DNA from: Paragordius varius
Lineage: Eukaryota; Animalia; Nematomorpha
Direction: 5' to 3'
Length of the DNA: 64,000 nt
Assembly (NCBI GenBank): GCA_964247055.1
Contig: OZ176050.1
Location: forward strand, 6,200,001-6,264,000
Below the pieces are notes generated by a model, which worked only from the letters and a program-made list of their open reading frames with translations, did not search any database and was not told the DNA's origin. The translations under genes were made by a program, and so were the position numbers. Shown here piece by piece: positions 39,420 through 53,167 of the stretch (the first letter of the stretch is position 1; each line of letters begins with the position of its first letter).

Positions 39420-42357
39420 TAAAGCTATCCGATTATCCCCCAAAAATTTGTTAAAATATGTCAATTTTTTAAAATAATTGGAGATATTATTGTAATATTA
39501 TTATATTATTATTAATGGTTTTGCATTGATTTTATCTAGTATATCCATATTTTTTGTATCATACATGGAAGGTTGAAACTCCAAATGACGATATATTAGA
39601 CGTTAGATTAAGCTAATTGATAAGATTCACTCAATTTCATTATCGATACAAAAATGTTGTATGATAGGAAAAACTAGAATATATATTGATAGTTTTTGCA
39701 AAGTGTTGTAAATGATGTTTTGTCCAAATATCAAGAAGTAATATTATTGTCATGTCTGAAAATAATATTTTGGTGATCATTAATAAATCAAAGATGGCTT
39801 TCAAAAACAATACAAAATAATATATAATTTTGATCACTCCATTTTTCATATATATTTATATTAATATCTGATTTTACACTAGTGAAAATAAATCATTGGT
39901 TTGTTCTCTAGTTTATCAATATTGAATGTACAGCTATGTTTTAACTGTGACACACAATAATTATATAGTAATAAATTTTATTGTAACAATAAAAATTTTC
40001 TAAAAAAATATTTTTAAAAAAACGCAAATTCCCATCTACACATCTTATTTATCATAATCATTGAAAAAAACTAATAAGCGAGGTGCATCCACTGTAAATA
40101 TTTTTTTCAAATCTTTGAAGATTTGTTTCCATATAAAAGCGTTTTTACAAAAGAAAATGTTTGTATACATACTATATGTATTTAAATGTAAATTATTATC
40201 CTAAAATTCGATGTAATAAACAAGTCCCCAGAGTCCATGAGTCGGTTATGAATAATATAGTATAAATATCTATTATAACAAAGATTCATATTGAAAGAAA
40301 ATATAATTTGATTGATTTCATATATATCATACATACATTTTACAAAAATGTATGGTTGACTTCAAAATAAAACCATCCAGTATCACCTATATATGACTAT
40401 GAAGCACAAAATAGCATAGAGAGAGTGACAAGGGAGTCATAGATAGACTGCAATAAAAAAAATGGAAAACCCGTTTCTAAAGATCCGATAAAGTGTTTGT
40501 TTAATTAATATTGATGGATAATTTTATAGGCACTTTTACAAAATACTTTTTTGATATTTTTTGCGCATACATATCCTCTCTCACTGTTAATTAGTTAATT
40601 AATTAATTAAAGGAAAAATATCTTCCGAAAAGTGCGCTGAAATAAAACCGGATAATTAATAAAGGATGTATGTGTGCATTTTTATATTTGGATAATTTTT
40701 AAGACAATTATGATATTAGTCTTGTTATATAGAAACATTGCATTTAAATTTAATTAAAATTTTGAAATGGGATTATTATTTGTGCTTAGCGTCATGCTTT
40801 CTAGCTTGATAAGCTATGTTCAAAAAATAGCAATGTGTTTGCTAAAAACTTTTAACATAATGAAATTACATTTTTGAATTAGCATAATTATTATCCATGT
40901 AAATGTGCTCCACTGTATAAACTAATTAAAAACCGCCTCTATTCTATTAATCCTAATAAAAAATATAATAACATACAATGTTAAATAAATATATAATATA
41001 AAATAACTTTGTTAAATTATATTTTGAAAATTACTTTGACTTTGTGGTAACTTTTCAGTAATGCCACGCGTGACAAAACAAGGGTCATGCCAAAGATTCA
41101 ATCCTTTAAAAAATTGTTATGCAGAGGCTACCAAACAAAAAAAACGGGAAGTCCTTGTTCTCAAAAAAAAATTATTCGCATTTGGCTAAAAAAATTTCAA
41201 ATATTTTAAAAATTATCGAAAAAATTTTATTAAATTTTAACACCGGGTGAATGTAATCAAAGCTGATAGTTGATTGTATATGTATAGTCTTTGTCTAATG
41301 TCTGGTCATTTTATCCGTATAGAAGCTGCTTGTAATATTTGCGATCCTGATAGGCGTTATCATCAATGTTGGCAACACTTAAATCATAGTTTTTTGCTTT
41401 CATTTGTTTATAATTGTATTTTTTACAAGTATATACACTACTCCCACTATGCTTCCTCAAAATATTTTGTTAAATAATATGATAAAATTAACATATGCGG
41501 TTATATATACACTGTTTTGGCTGAGCAATTTTAATATCCAATTACTAACTATATATTTTTGCTACTGACCATGAAAAACTTTTATTTTTCGGAAAAACCA
41601 TATATGGGGTAGGGAAATCTTAATAGAATGACTTGTTTTGAGAAGAACTTTGTTATTTTCGCATATTGTATAAAATAAGAATATCAATTTTGAATTGGCT
41701 TACATATTTAATAAATTTGCTTTTAAGTTATTATCGTTTTCAACCCTTGAGTGGCGTACATTCTGTTTAAAAAACGATTCGTTAGGCTCCCACAAATATT
41801 TTAAATATATTGATTAGGTACTGAATTCAATGATCTAATACAGAAGTATCAAACGTGCGGCCCTTTGAGATATTAGCCTAAGGAAAATTCGGAAAATTAG
41901 CAATCATATACAATCTCACAATTCGAATAACAGGTTCACAAAATCTTAGTAATATTAATTCCTTAATCATATTTTGCTATTATTATAATTGAAACAAAGC
42001 AAAAATTAATAAATTATATATTAGGAATAATTTATTACCATTTTTCACAGTCTTATGCGTCAAATATAATATTTATTAATGCCTCTATATTTTTCAAATG
42101 CGGCCTGCGAAACCATGTGTATTGCTACAATGACTAAAAAATCTTTAAACTCAACATTGACTTGTCATACAAATTGAATTATTATAAACTATGATAAATA
42201 TTTATTAATGCATATGTATCCATATAATTTAATTATTTGAGACTAGATTATTTTTGAATAGGAATGTTTTAGGTAATATACAAATATATTTAAATAAAAT
42301 TATCACAATATTAATTGAGTCGGATTAGTAGAGATGTGAGAGAAGTAACATAATAAT

Positions 42358-45300
42358 TTATGAGTAAAAAGTTAAAACACTTTCCTGGTTGCCACGTATC
42401 ATAAGGGTTGGTGGTAAATTTTGAGTCATAATTTCAAGCCAGGACATGTACAATGCTGCTGACATGCCCTTTCGTGGTATCGGTAATGTTCTGTTTATGC
42501 AAAATAAAATTTATATTATATATATAAAGGGGAAAATGAGCTAGCTCTATACTCTGCAAAAAATTTAAATAAAAGTTAGTTCTTGATATTATTAAGCAGT
42601 AAATCCGATAAGCCGCATTTCAACCATATTTTAATCAAATTAAGCATGTACTTGTTGATCATCGTCGCTCTACTGATTATTATTCATTAAGCCGATTAAA
42701 ATATTGAGATGTATTTTGCCATACTATTTCATTTATTAATTATGGATTGCATTATTTATCATTAAATATAAACTACTTTCATAAAAAGGTATAATACCTC
42801 TATCGATTTGGGTCAACAATTTTTGAATAAAAAAAACTACAGAAAAACGAATAAAAATGTTACATAACAAAACCTTTGGCTGAACTCAGAAAAGAAAAAT
42901 ATAATATATCAGTAGAAGGGAATATTAATACATAAATATTAGATTGGCATTTTGAGAATGTTGTTGTAATAGCTCTTGTAACCGAATATGCCTTTGAGAT
43001 TTTTCATTCATTGATTCATATTCTGCATCCGTTATCATGCCAGGTTTGTAATTTGGGTCTTCTCGATTCATACATCGATACGGTTCAATTATTTTTTCGA
43101 ATCGTTGAACCCTACAATTTATTAAATAAATTATGAAAACAACAATTAGTCAATCTTTCTAAAGTTTGCTAAAATACATGTACTCAACAAAATTATAGCA
43201 AACATAAAGTTGACATATATGTATCATTCGTATAATATTTAAATTAAAACAGATCTATCCTTTTTTTAAAGATATACAATATTTAAGATATTTGACAAAT
43301 ATAAATTATTTTTTTAACATTTAAAATTAAATTGTATAAAAAAATAAATTTAACACATTTTTAAAAAAGATATATTGACTTACGTTTCTTCTTGAGGCGG
43401 TTTATAAATATCGGGAATGATGAAAACATCGGTGTAATCTATGCGAAATTTGGTCAACATGCTGGCAAAACTAAAATAAATTAATATTTTATATAAATAA
43501 TAAGATTTAAAAGCAATTGACTTCCATTGATAAAAATCACAAATGTAGTTAAAAATAATAAACTTGTCATGTATAATATCAACATCTTTTTCATCGTGGC
43601 TCAGGGCATAAAATCGTACTTTAAGGTTTTGCCAATTTTCTCTTTGAGAGATAATATATGGCAACAAAATGGTCAAACCTAAATAAAAAAATTATATACC
43701 TAATTATTAATCGCATAAATATTTTAAAATAACTTTGCAGAAAATTAATATTTTTAAAACACGGCATTTTTTAGCCTTTGGCCGAGAATTTCTTGAAATG
43801 GAATCATTTTAATTTAAATTGTTTTTACCAACGGCAATGCATAAATAAATACATTGATTTATTAAAGAATAGAAATTTGAAATATATAAATTAATCAATC
43901 TATCATACCCATTGTAAAAAAATGGATAACAAGCCGTGAATTAACAAAAATGAAAAAAATATAAATAGAATAAGCCACAGAAATATATCTATCATTCTTT
44001 TTCGGGCCAGTTTATTGGAAAATTATGTCCTAAATAAACTAGACTCTAAATTAAATCAGATAAAAAACACAAATTAGTTTTGGAAAATGTAGCGAAAGGT
44101 TATTGATATATTATAAAAATAAAATAAAAACGGTTTTAAGAATTAAACCATTTAAATACTATACCTCCATCGTCAAAAAGCCACCAAATATCGAGGGAGC
44201 CTCGTTTTTGTCGCACACGGAAATAATTATTGTAATAGGTTTGTAAACCTTTAATACGATACATTTCGGATGGATTGTTTGAATGATGGAAACTATATTT
44301 GATAATGTGTGACAATCTGCGTGATCTTCTCTATAAAATATTTAAATTATAAGAAAATTATTTCCAATTTAACAATTGAGTTGTTATTAATAAGATTAAA
44401 AGTTGGCTAACTTTAATATCTTTCAGACTTATGATACTAGTTCGGTTCTGGTTTGAATGGGGTTTCGCAAAATTTATTAGGGATTTTGATTGTGTTACTT
44501 TCTTTTTTGCCATTTTGGGGGATATGTTACAAATTTTTTGAAGCATGGCTAAAACATATAAACATAGATTCCTCAAATTTTTCGCAAAAGATGATCTAAA
44601 AACTAAAAAAAATTTGCTTACGAGAATTAAATTTATATTTTTTTATAAATTTCGTTCTCCTTAGCATTAAGAACAATATATTAAATGTTACTTTTTTGGG
44701 GTGAAAGCCTAAATTCAGTTCCATCAAACGATACCCTCAAAGTTTTATGGTCCTCGATTTCTTCAGATTTTGGGGTTGATGTTTCTGGATGATTTGCTAA
44801 AAATTTAATATTCCTTGCATAAAAACATCATAGTATCAAATATAATATTAAGGATATTGCACCAATATTAAAATCCGGTATAAAGGAAGGCGTCAAAAAA
44901 TGTATAGTATTATTATTTAGTTAATCATTATGTAAAATATAATTATTCAACTATCCCGACGTCCAGATTTGTTGACCGTAGACCCCGTTCACAATACCAT
45001 TACATATATTTATATATAATATTTTATAAGTAGAATAATAATAGAGATTTCAATGATTTTTAATAAAGTTTATAAAAATCTAGTTCTCATTATTACAAAT
45101 ATAATAACGGGAAAAAGAAGGTTAGTAATTATATATTATTTATTATATATTCAACATTTATTTCGAATAAATATTCTTTGCATTATGGATTAGGCTGAAT
45201 CAGTATGTTTTAGAATGATATAATATAATATCAGCAAATTAATAATAAATTTATTAATGAATTTTCGTTAGATTTAAACTAGGGGCCATTTCAAAAACAA

Positions 45301-48300
45301 ATAAAAATATATTTTTATAATATTTAATTAATTGATGAACAGTTAGGGCAATTACCATTTTAAAAAAGAAATCAAAATAATAAATATTACGGGTAGCTTC
45401 AATGGTCGTTGCAATTTCTTGATTTTGAGATATTTTAGATTGTTGGGAGCCTTCATTTTCATCTTTGTGAGATTTATTAGCAGCTATTCCACTATCCTCT
45501 TCATAATTGTTATTAATATCATGTTGATGGTGTATATCACTGGACGAATCAATAGTTATAGATGGTAAACTTTCAGAAAAATTTTTCTTTGGTGGTGTAA
45601 TCATTTCAAGGTTACTATTTTTACCGCGCATTTTTCCATCAATACTGAATCGCACTTCACCCGTTTGATAACTTTTTTCTTGAGCAGAATCTACATTCCA
45701 AACACAAATGTTCTTTAATAAATTATTATGGCTTGGCATATGTATGAAAATAAAAATTATAAGATAATTCAAATTAAGAATTTGAGATGATTGAACCAAA
45801 TTTTAATTACAAATTGGAAACGAACCCATTAGCAATTAATACGGTTTAACCCATACTGGATTAGATCTATTATGCTTTGTTATCTTTTTATATAAAATAT
45901 ATGTAATTTTGTTTTTTAAATTTAGAGAAAAGTAGTTCGCAAAAAATTGGTGTTTATATGTTTATATTTTTTAACTCACAGTAGATTTATAATAACAAAA
46001 TAAACCGTCATTTGATCCAAATTATTTTTTTAAAATTTGGACCGGAATCAGATGGTCGGAAACCGTTTTATTTCTTATAAATATGTTGAGCTATGTGAAA
46101 CCTAAACTTGTGACAAAAAATGACTTGGATCCGTTAAAAACGTTCCACTTTCGATCCTAGGATTTAACGTAGCTTAAATTATCAAACATATCAATAATAT
46201 TCAAATGCAAATTGTTATATACCATCAGTATCTAAAAAGACATCATTATCAAAACATTTTGTATTGCTGGTGGGTGATGGTAGGGGTGAAACGCTTGCCG
46301 TCTTAGATACTAAATCATAATTTTTGGACCGTCTTCGCATAAACCCAGATTGAATTGTTTTAGTAGTCATATCCCCATTCTTGGATAGCTGTTTTAAGTG
46401 AGGCGATGAGATAGAGGGTCGATGTTTGATAGGACACATAAAAAGTCCAAAAGGCATACGTAGGATACCAACTGATAATCGGATATCAAAAGCATCACTA
46501 TACGAAATTAAAGATAGAATCTACCATTAAATAATTAAAAAAAAATCTTTCATTTGCCAATGTAAATATGCAATAATGCATCCAGGTTTAAACTATCATC
46601 TCTTTAATTAGGGCCAAACATTAAAACAGTTAAAACTTTATTTAACAAAAAATGAATCACTATGAAACAATGAAAAAATCTAAAATATATATAAACTATA
46701 AATATATTTTGACTGCAGGATTAAGTTGTCATTTCTCTATAATAAGTCAATTAATCATAGTTTATTATGATTATATGTTAATAATAAAAAGGTAAAAAAT
46801 TACTGTATGATATTAAAATATTCCAGGACGGTGGACATTTCTTGAGATTGCCATTCATTCATGTAACCCATAAGCAGGAGATTCGGTCTCATACGGCCTA
46901 AACCCGAAACCTGAAAATATAAATTACGATGCATTTTTTAGAATTTGAGTATTTTTAGGTTTTTTAGGTGTTATTTTCGTGACGATAAATATTTGTTTTA
47001 TTCAAAAAATAATTAAATTGTGTAATTTTGGTAATTATGCAAAAATTTATTATAGTAATTATAGAAAGTGATTAAAACTTATGTATAAAAATATATCAAT
47101 TATAATCTTCCGGAACCAGTTATAATCAATATTAAAAACTGTAAAAACGCAAAAATCAGAAACATTTTATTGGTTTATGCCTTCTATACATTTCTTTACC
47201 GATCATTTTTGCAAATTTGAGCCAGATTTAATATAACCGTAGGGCAAAGATATAAAATTGAAATTTGAGTATAATAAAAATACCTGTAGTAAGCCACGCA
47301 CACCCTCTTTCACATCCCGAGCAATAATGGGATTATAAAGCGCCTTAACATGTTTTTGAGCCAAAAAATCATATATTTTGTCCTTATTGATTCCCTTGAT
47401 TGATTCATCCGGATTCTAAATTTGAACACAAAAAACCATTATTACTATTAATTTTAAACGAGTTATGTATGTTGTTAGTGTTCACTAAAACTATACTCAC
47501 CAAAATAACATGGCCACATATCAATAAGCTAAGATTTTTGGTTAACAAATTAGCGAAATCCAAAAATGCAGGACGATTTCTAGGATCACCGGTTAAAGCA
47601 AGTATTTGGGGTCTACACATAAAGTTGAAACATTATAATTAAAATTTTTATTATATATTTAATACACTTTTGTAATTATTTAGATATATACTTGTAATTT
47701 TTGATGTGTTCCTCGGTTTGATTTAGTTTATATAAAAAGTTCAAGGCATTTTTATACACATGAGCTTGAGTTGACGATCCCCAATTTATGTCTAAATCAA
47801 GTATTAATATATTAGCAATAATTTTTTAAACAACATTGTATACATAAGTTCCACAAGGATTTAACTCGACTAAGACAAAACAAAGACAGATCTAATTATA
47901 ATTAATTAAGCGAGAAGTGATATTTGCTTGCTATAAAATGATTAGCTTTTACATTAATAATATGATAAATGGCATACTTGGTTTTTTGTAACGAATATAG
48001 CCATATAAAAGTGATATGAAGATAAAGGTTATGAGAGTGGCCCACCATTTGATCAAAAACATTGATAGCACACATAAAAATCCACCCAATAAACTGACCC
48101 ATGGATTGAAATATTTGAAACCAGGTCGGAATCCTAATAAATATAATATGGTTCAACAAACTATTTATAAATTTTGGTAGGTATTATATTGCAATAAATA
48201 TGAAAAAAACGTCATCTTTTGTCTTTTGGATATAACAAGAACCTTTAATTGAAATTTGGAAACAAAAAATAAATAAAGTTAGTTGTTAAAATATTTACCA

Positions 48301-51300
48301 ATTGAATTTGATATAGATGCGTCGAAACAGGAATAATTGATAAGCGCATAAGCCATGAGATAAAAATTGGATATGATTGGTGCTATTATGTTTAGATCAC
48401 CTAATAAAGCAGTTTAATCATACTAATCATTTTTAATGTGCATTAAATAAGTTACACTATATAAAATGCTAATAAAAATGTCATCATTTTATTTATCTGT
48501 ATAAAATATATAGCCAGGGTTGAGTTTTGGACCATTCAAAAAATATAAGCCGGTAGTGACCACCAGAATACCAAAGATACAAACATATGTTTAAGCCAAA
48601 TAAAACGAAATTCGCTTTTTTTACTGTTAACGTTTTAATAAAAATTGATAAAATTAAAAATTTCTCATTAGATACAATAACTAATTTTTTAATCGGGCGA
48701 TAAACCTATGTTAAAGGTTTGACTGGTATTATTAAAAGCGGTCACAGTCACTGTAAGGAGTAACCCAACATCTCAAAAAATTTATAAAACGACAAACTAA
48801 ATGTAACGTTTCCAAGACAATACGACAATATAGAATATATATATATATATACAAAATAACGATAATTTAATTTTGTCCCTTAAAAACAAATATTACAAAC
48901 TATAAATCTTTTTAAAAAGATTCACGGTTATTTATACATAAAATAAAATATGAAAAATATATAAATTATGTTTCTAAAAATTGTAATTTACCCAACAATA
49001 TAAATAAAACGGCGATGAAAAAGGCCAACACATACAAACGATATGGATCATCATTCTTTTTCGTTCCCACTGCAAGGACATCGATATACGGAAAGATTTT
49101 ATCCCGACATAATGCCTATACAAACATATATATATATATCTATTTACCATTATAAAAGATTATCAAAACAAAATTATCAATTATGTCATTTTCGCCCTTA
49201 GCTGTTAAAGGTTTAATTTGGTCCGTTGTTATGCAGGGACTAGTCCCATAGTTAATTTTGTATTATACGTCAATTTTTCATCACTACATAATGCTAAAAC
49301 ATGTAAAAAATTTATACCTGAAAAACTTTGGAGGCCCCGACCAAACAGGCAAGAGCCGACGATAAAGTAGCTGAAAATATACCAGCTGTTATTATAGGAC
49401 CAAACCAGGATATCATTTCTGCAGCCTAAAAAATTAACAAACGTTCCATAGAATTTTGAAAAATCGTTATACTTTAAATATGTAAAATTTAAAATCTAAT
49501 TTAAGACTCTACAATTTATATTAATTTAGCGGGGTATATTTCATTATAATAACTTGGTAATCATATAAAAGTCCATATTTGCAATTCTGAGTTTCCCCAC
49601 ATCTCCGTAAAGCACTGTTTGGAGCTTCTAATTGAGCAATGGTGAGAGGTATTCTTGTGTTATTTCTTAAATTATAAAATTTTGTATTATTCAATATTTG
49701 TCAATAAAATATTTTGATTTTATTGAACATTTTTATAAGGTAAAATGGATTGTCCATTCGTATAAGGGCGGTCAGTTTATCTCTTCTCCAGATTTTTTTG
49801 CTTTCCTGGATTTATTTTCGGAAGCCTCTAGTAAATCTTTAGTTCTGTCTGATTGATTAGTGATGATATTACATTGTCCCATTCTGTCTGAGGGCCTGTT
49901 TTAAAATCTGTTTTTTCTCCACATTCATGAATCCATACATGCTAATTAATCGCTTAACAGCTCATGGAAGTCCCCCTAATATACATCCCTAACTTGGGTT
50001 GGGCTCGTCGACGGTATTAAGATGAAGTCAATTTGTGTTGGACATTTTCCCGTGAAATGTAGGTGTGCTTAATATTTACAGAATTCAAGGAGATTGCTAG
50101 GGAAGTTTGTGTTTTTAAGACCAAAGTAGCCACTGCATTTGAAAAGGCGTCTCTACGTTTAATTAAAAAGATTTGTTTCTAATAAACTTAAGGATTTTGA
50201 TATAGGTAATTAAGTGAATTAGTTTGATATATAATATCAGTGGTGCCAAGTCAGGGATGTATGTTGTGAGGACTTTTATGAGCTGTTAAGCGATCATAAA
50301 CCATTATGTATCGAAGTCATGGGTAAAATTGGGAAAAAACATATCAAAACAGGCCCTCCGACAGAATTGCACATATAATATCATCACTAATCAATCAAAC
50401 AAGCTAGGTCTTTCATCGAAAAGGCTATCCGTCATTTGTCAATAATTTATACATTGTAACAAAATGCAAAAAGTATTAAAGGCTATCAAATAAATTAATC
50501 TCGATACATAAAAAAAAATTCAAATTTTACAACACAATTGTTTAGAAGTTTGAATCAAACTCTTACTCAAAAGTGTATAAATCTATAATATTTCCACTAG
50601 CCTCCCGTAACATAACTGAACCGAAAGTCCAGATTAAGAATAAATAAGATATTGCACTCAATACAATGGCTGCAAAAGTTCCTTTTGGAATCGATTGCTG
50701 AGCATCCTATAAAAATAATTAATAATTATTTTTTATATTTTATGAGAATAATCGAAAGAAAGCAATTAATCAAAATATTTTACCTTTAAATCGCCAGATA
50801 TATTAGCACCAGCCAATATTCCAGTGGCAGATGGGAAATAAATTGCAAAAATTGAGAAAAAGGAAGCACCTTTTTGGAAATCCGAAAAAAAGTTTTCTTT
50901 GAATAAGGTTCCTGGCATAATATAAATAAAATTTGATATATTACAGAAAGGTTTTATAACTAAAAATTTTATAATTGGTCATATAATTTAAATAAATATT
51001 CAAACTGCTATATCCAAGTAATCCTTTTGATTTCTTTATTTGCGGAATCGGAAGCACAGTTCCCAAAAAGTAATTGAGAAAAGCTAAAAGAAGTAGGATT
51101 AGAAATCCAATTTGCGCCTAGATTTATGGAGATTTTTTTAATTTATAATTTTATTAATAAACCACTTTAAAACAACAAACCAATCAAATGTTTGACTAAT
51201 AATCTTTCCAAATATCATAAAAAGCGTTTTTATTTAATACATACCTGGTCAAAAGGGGTAATACTAAATGTTATTTATAAAAAATTAAACTTTATTTATA

Positions 51301-53131
51301 ATGAAGGATATAATTATTTTTTGCTATAAAAACTCAAAAATTTGATCTGAAAAGTGCTAATCATAGCGATTTATTCCTACATTCTTGTCAAATGCAAATA
51401 GATTTAAATTAACTTTAGCTTCCCATTCCATGCCAGCCATTACGATGCAGAGCAACAATACGGCAGTTATGCAACCAACAATTCGAATCCAATTTTCAGC
51501 ACTAATTATATTGAATAGGTGTGAACCATGTTTCTAAGTAATTACAAAAATGCAATAAACACCACATTATACATTTTTTGTTAAAAATTATTATTCAATC
51601 AAAATAGAAAACCTTAGATTATAATTGTATGTTTATCATCGACCTTAAATAGAAATAGGGTATTATTTTTGAGTTTAAAGCCCTATTGCCACCTGGCATG
51701 AAAATGCGCTAACGGAAAAGACCAGTTTCTAATGATCTGTAAAATCATTAGTTGTACACAAGGGCATGTATTACGCCAAAAAATCGCCTCAAATTACCAT
51801 GATGTATAAATATTATGAATGTGAATTACTTCGTGGTAGGAAAACTCCGAACTCGGAGTCCTACCCTCTATGATTATGATGATAATTTATATATATATAT
51901 TATCGACAATATATCCGCTACTATATTAGGAGTTGGCCAAAAAATATGTGATCTATATATATTTATATATATATGTAAATATTTTTAAAGGAGGGTGATA
52001 GTGATTTGTTTATCTAGAAATTTAATCAATGGCCCACAAAGTTCTACTGCTACCCCGCCGTTATGATCACCTTTGATGACCTAAGAGCATAGGCCAGTTT
52101 TCGATTTGAAAAAAAAACATTCACGCTAAAAGTAAAAATCTCCTACCAAAAACACCATGTGTTCAAAATGTTTTGATAAAATTTTCAATCTAAGCATTGC
52201 CACTAAATTAATTAATAACATATGATATATTCCTCACAAATTTTATCTAAATCTGGGCCAAAATCTATTACGATTATTGTTATTAACCATTGATAAGGAT
52301 ATTTTAATTTAAAAAATATGGTATATATAGTCTTTCAAAAACATAAATAATTAAAGATATAAAATATGTATATATTATAATTTGAATTTACCGAAATAAG
52401 ATCAACGACGGTTTCAGCCAAACCAACAACATTCATGGAAACTGCAACCGTACTTGCGATGGAAAATATGACACCAATTGCTCCACCAAATTCTGGACCC
52501 AAGCTCCGTGAAATCATGTAATAGGCCCCTCCTTAAGCACAAAAATAAAATGTAAAAAGCCTTTTCAAAATCGATTGGGTTATTTATTTTATATCAAGTC
52601 TTCTACATAATCAAAACGGTTACATAAGTTATAACTACTGTTGTCGCATTCCGTTCTTAATGTGGTTTAGTTTTTAAGACAAAGAATTGGTACACAATGT
52701 GAATTAATAGCCAGAAAAATATTAACATTGAAGCCAGAAAGTTGTTATTGCTACTCTTCACTAAATATCTTAACAAAGGTACTTTTACGATTTTATATAA
52801 TGACACTTTTGTAATGAAATTAAAAAATAAAAATAAAACTTAGAACCGCGGTTCCAGTAAAACCGTTTTTGATTTTTTTAACGGGTTTAAAAAAAGGCTA
52901 TCAATTTCTGATTTTTTCTGTTTTGATATTGATTGTGCATTCCTAACCAATGTAAAAATCTGACAAAACATTAAAAATGATTAACAAACCCTAACATTCA
53001 CACATATTTGATAAATAAACAAAACAATTTGACATTTGTCTAAATTTTTTGCATATTTAAAAGATCAAAACTCTTTGCTGATCATAAATAATATTTTGGT
53101 TAGCAAGGGTTAAAATTTTATTGAATTATTT

Positions 53132-53167
<36 letters not shown>

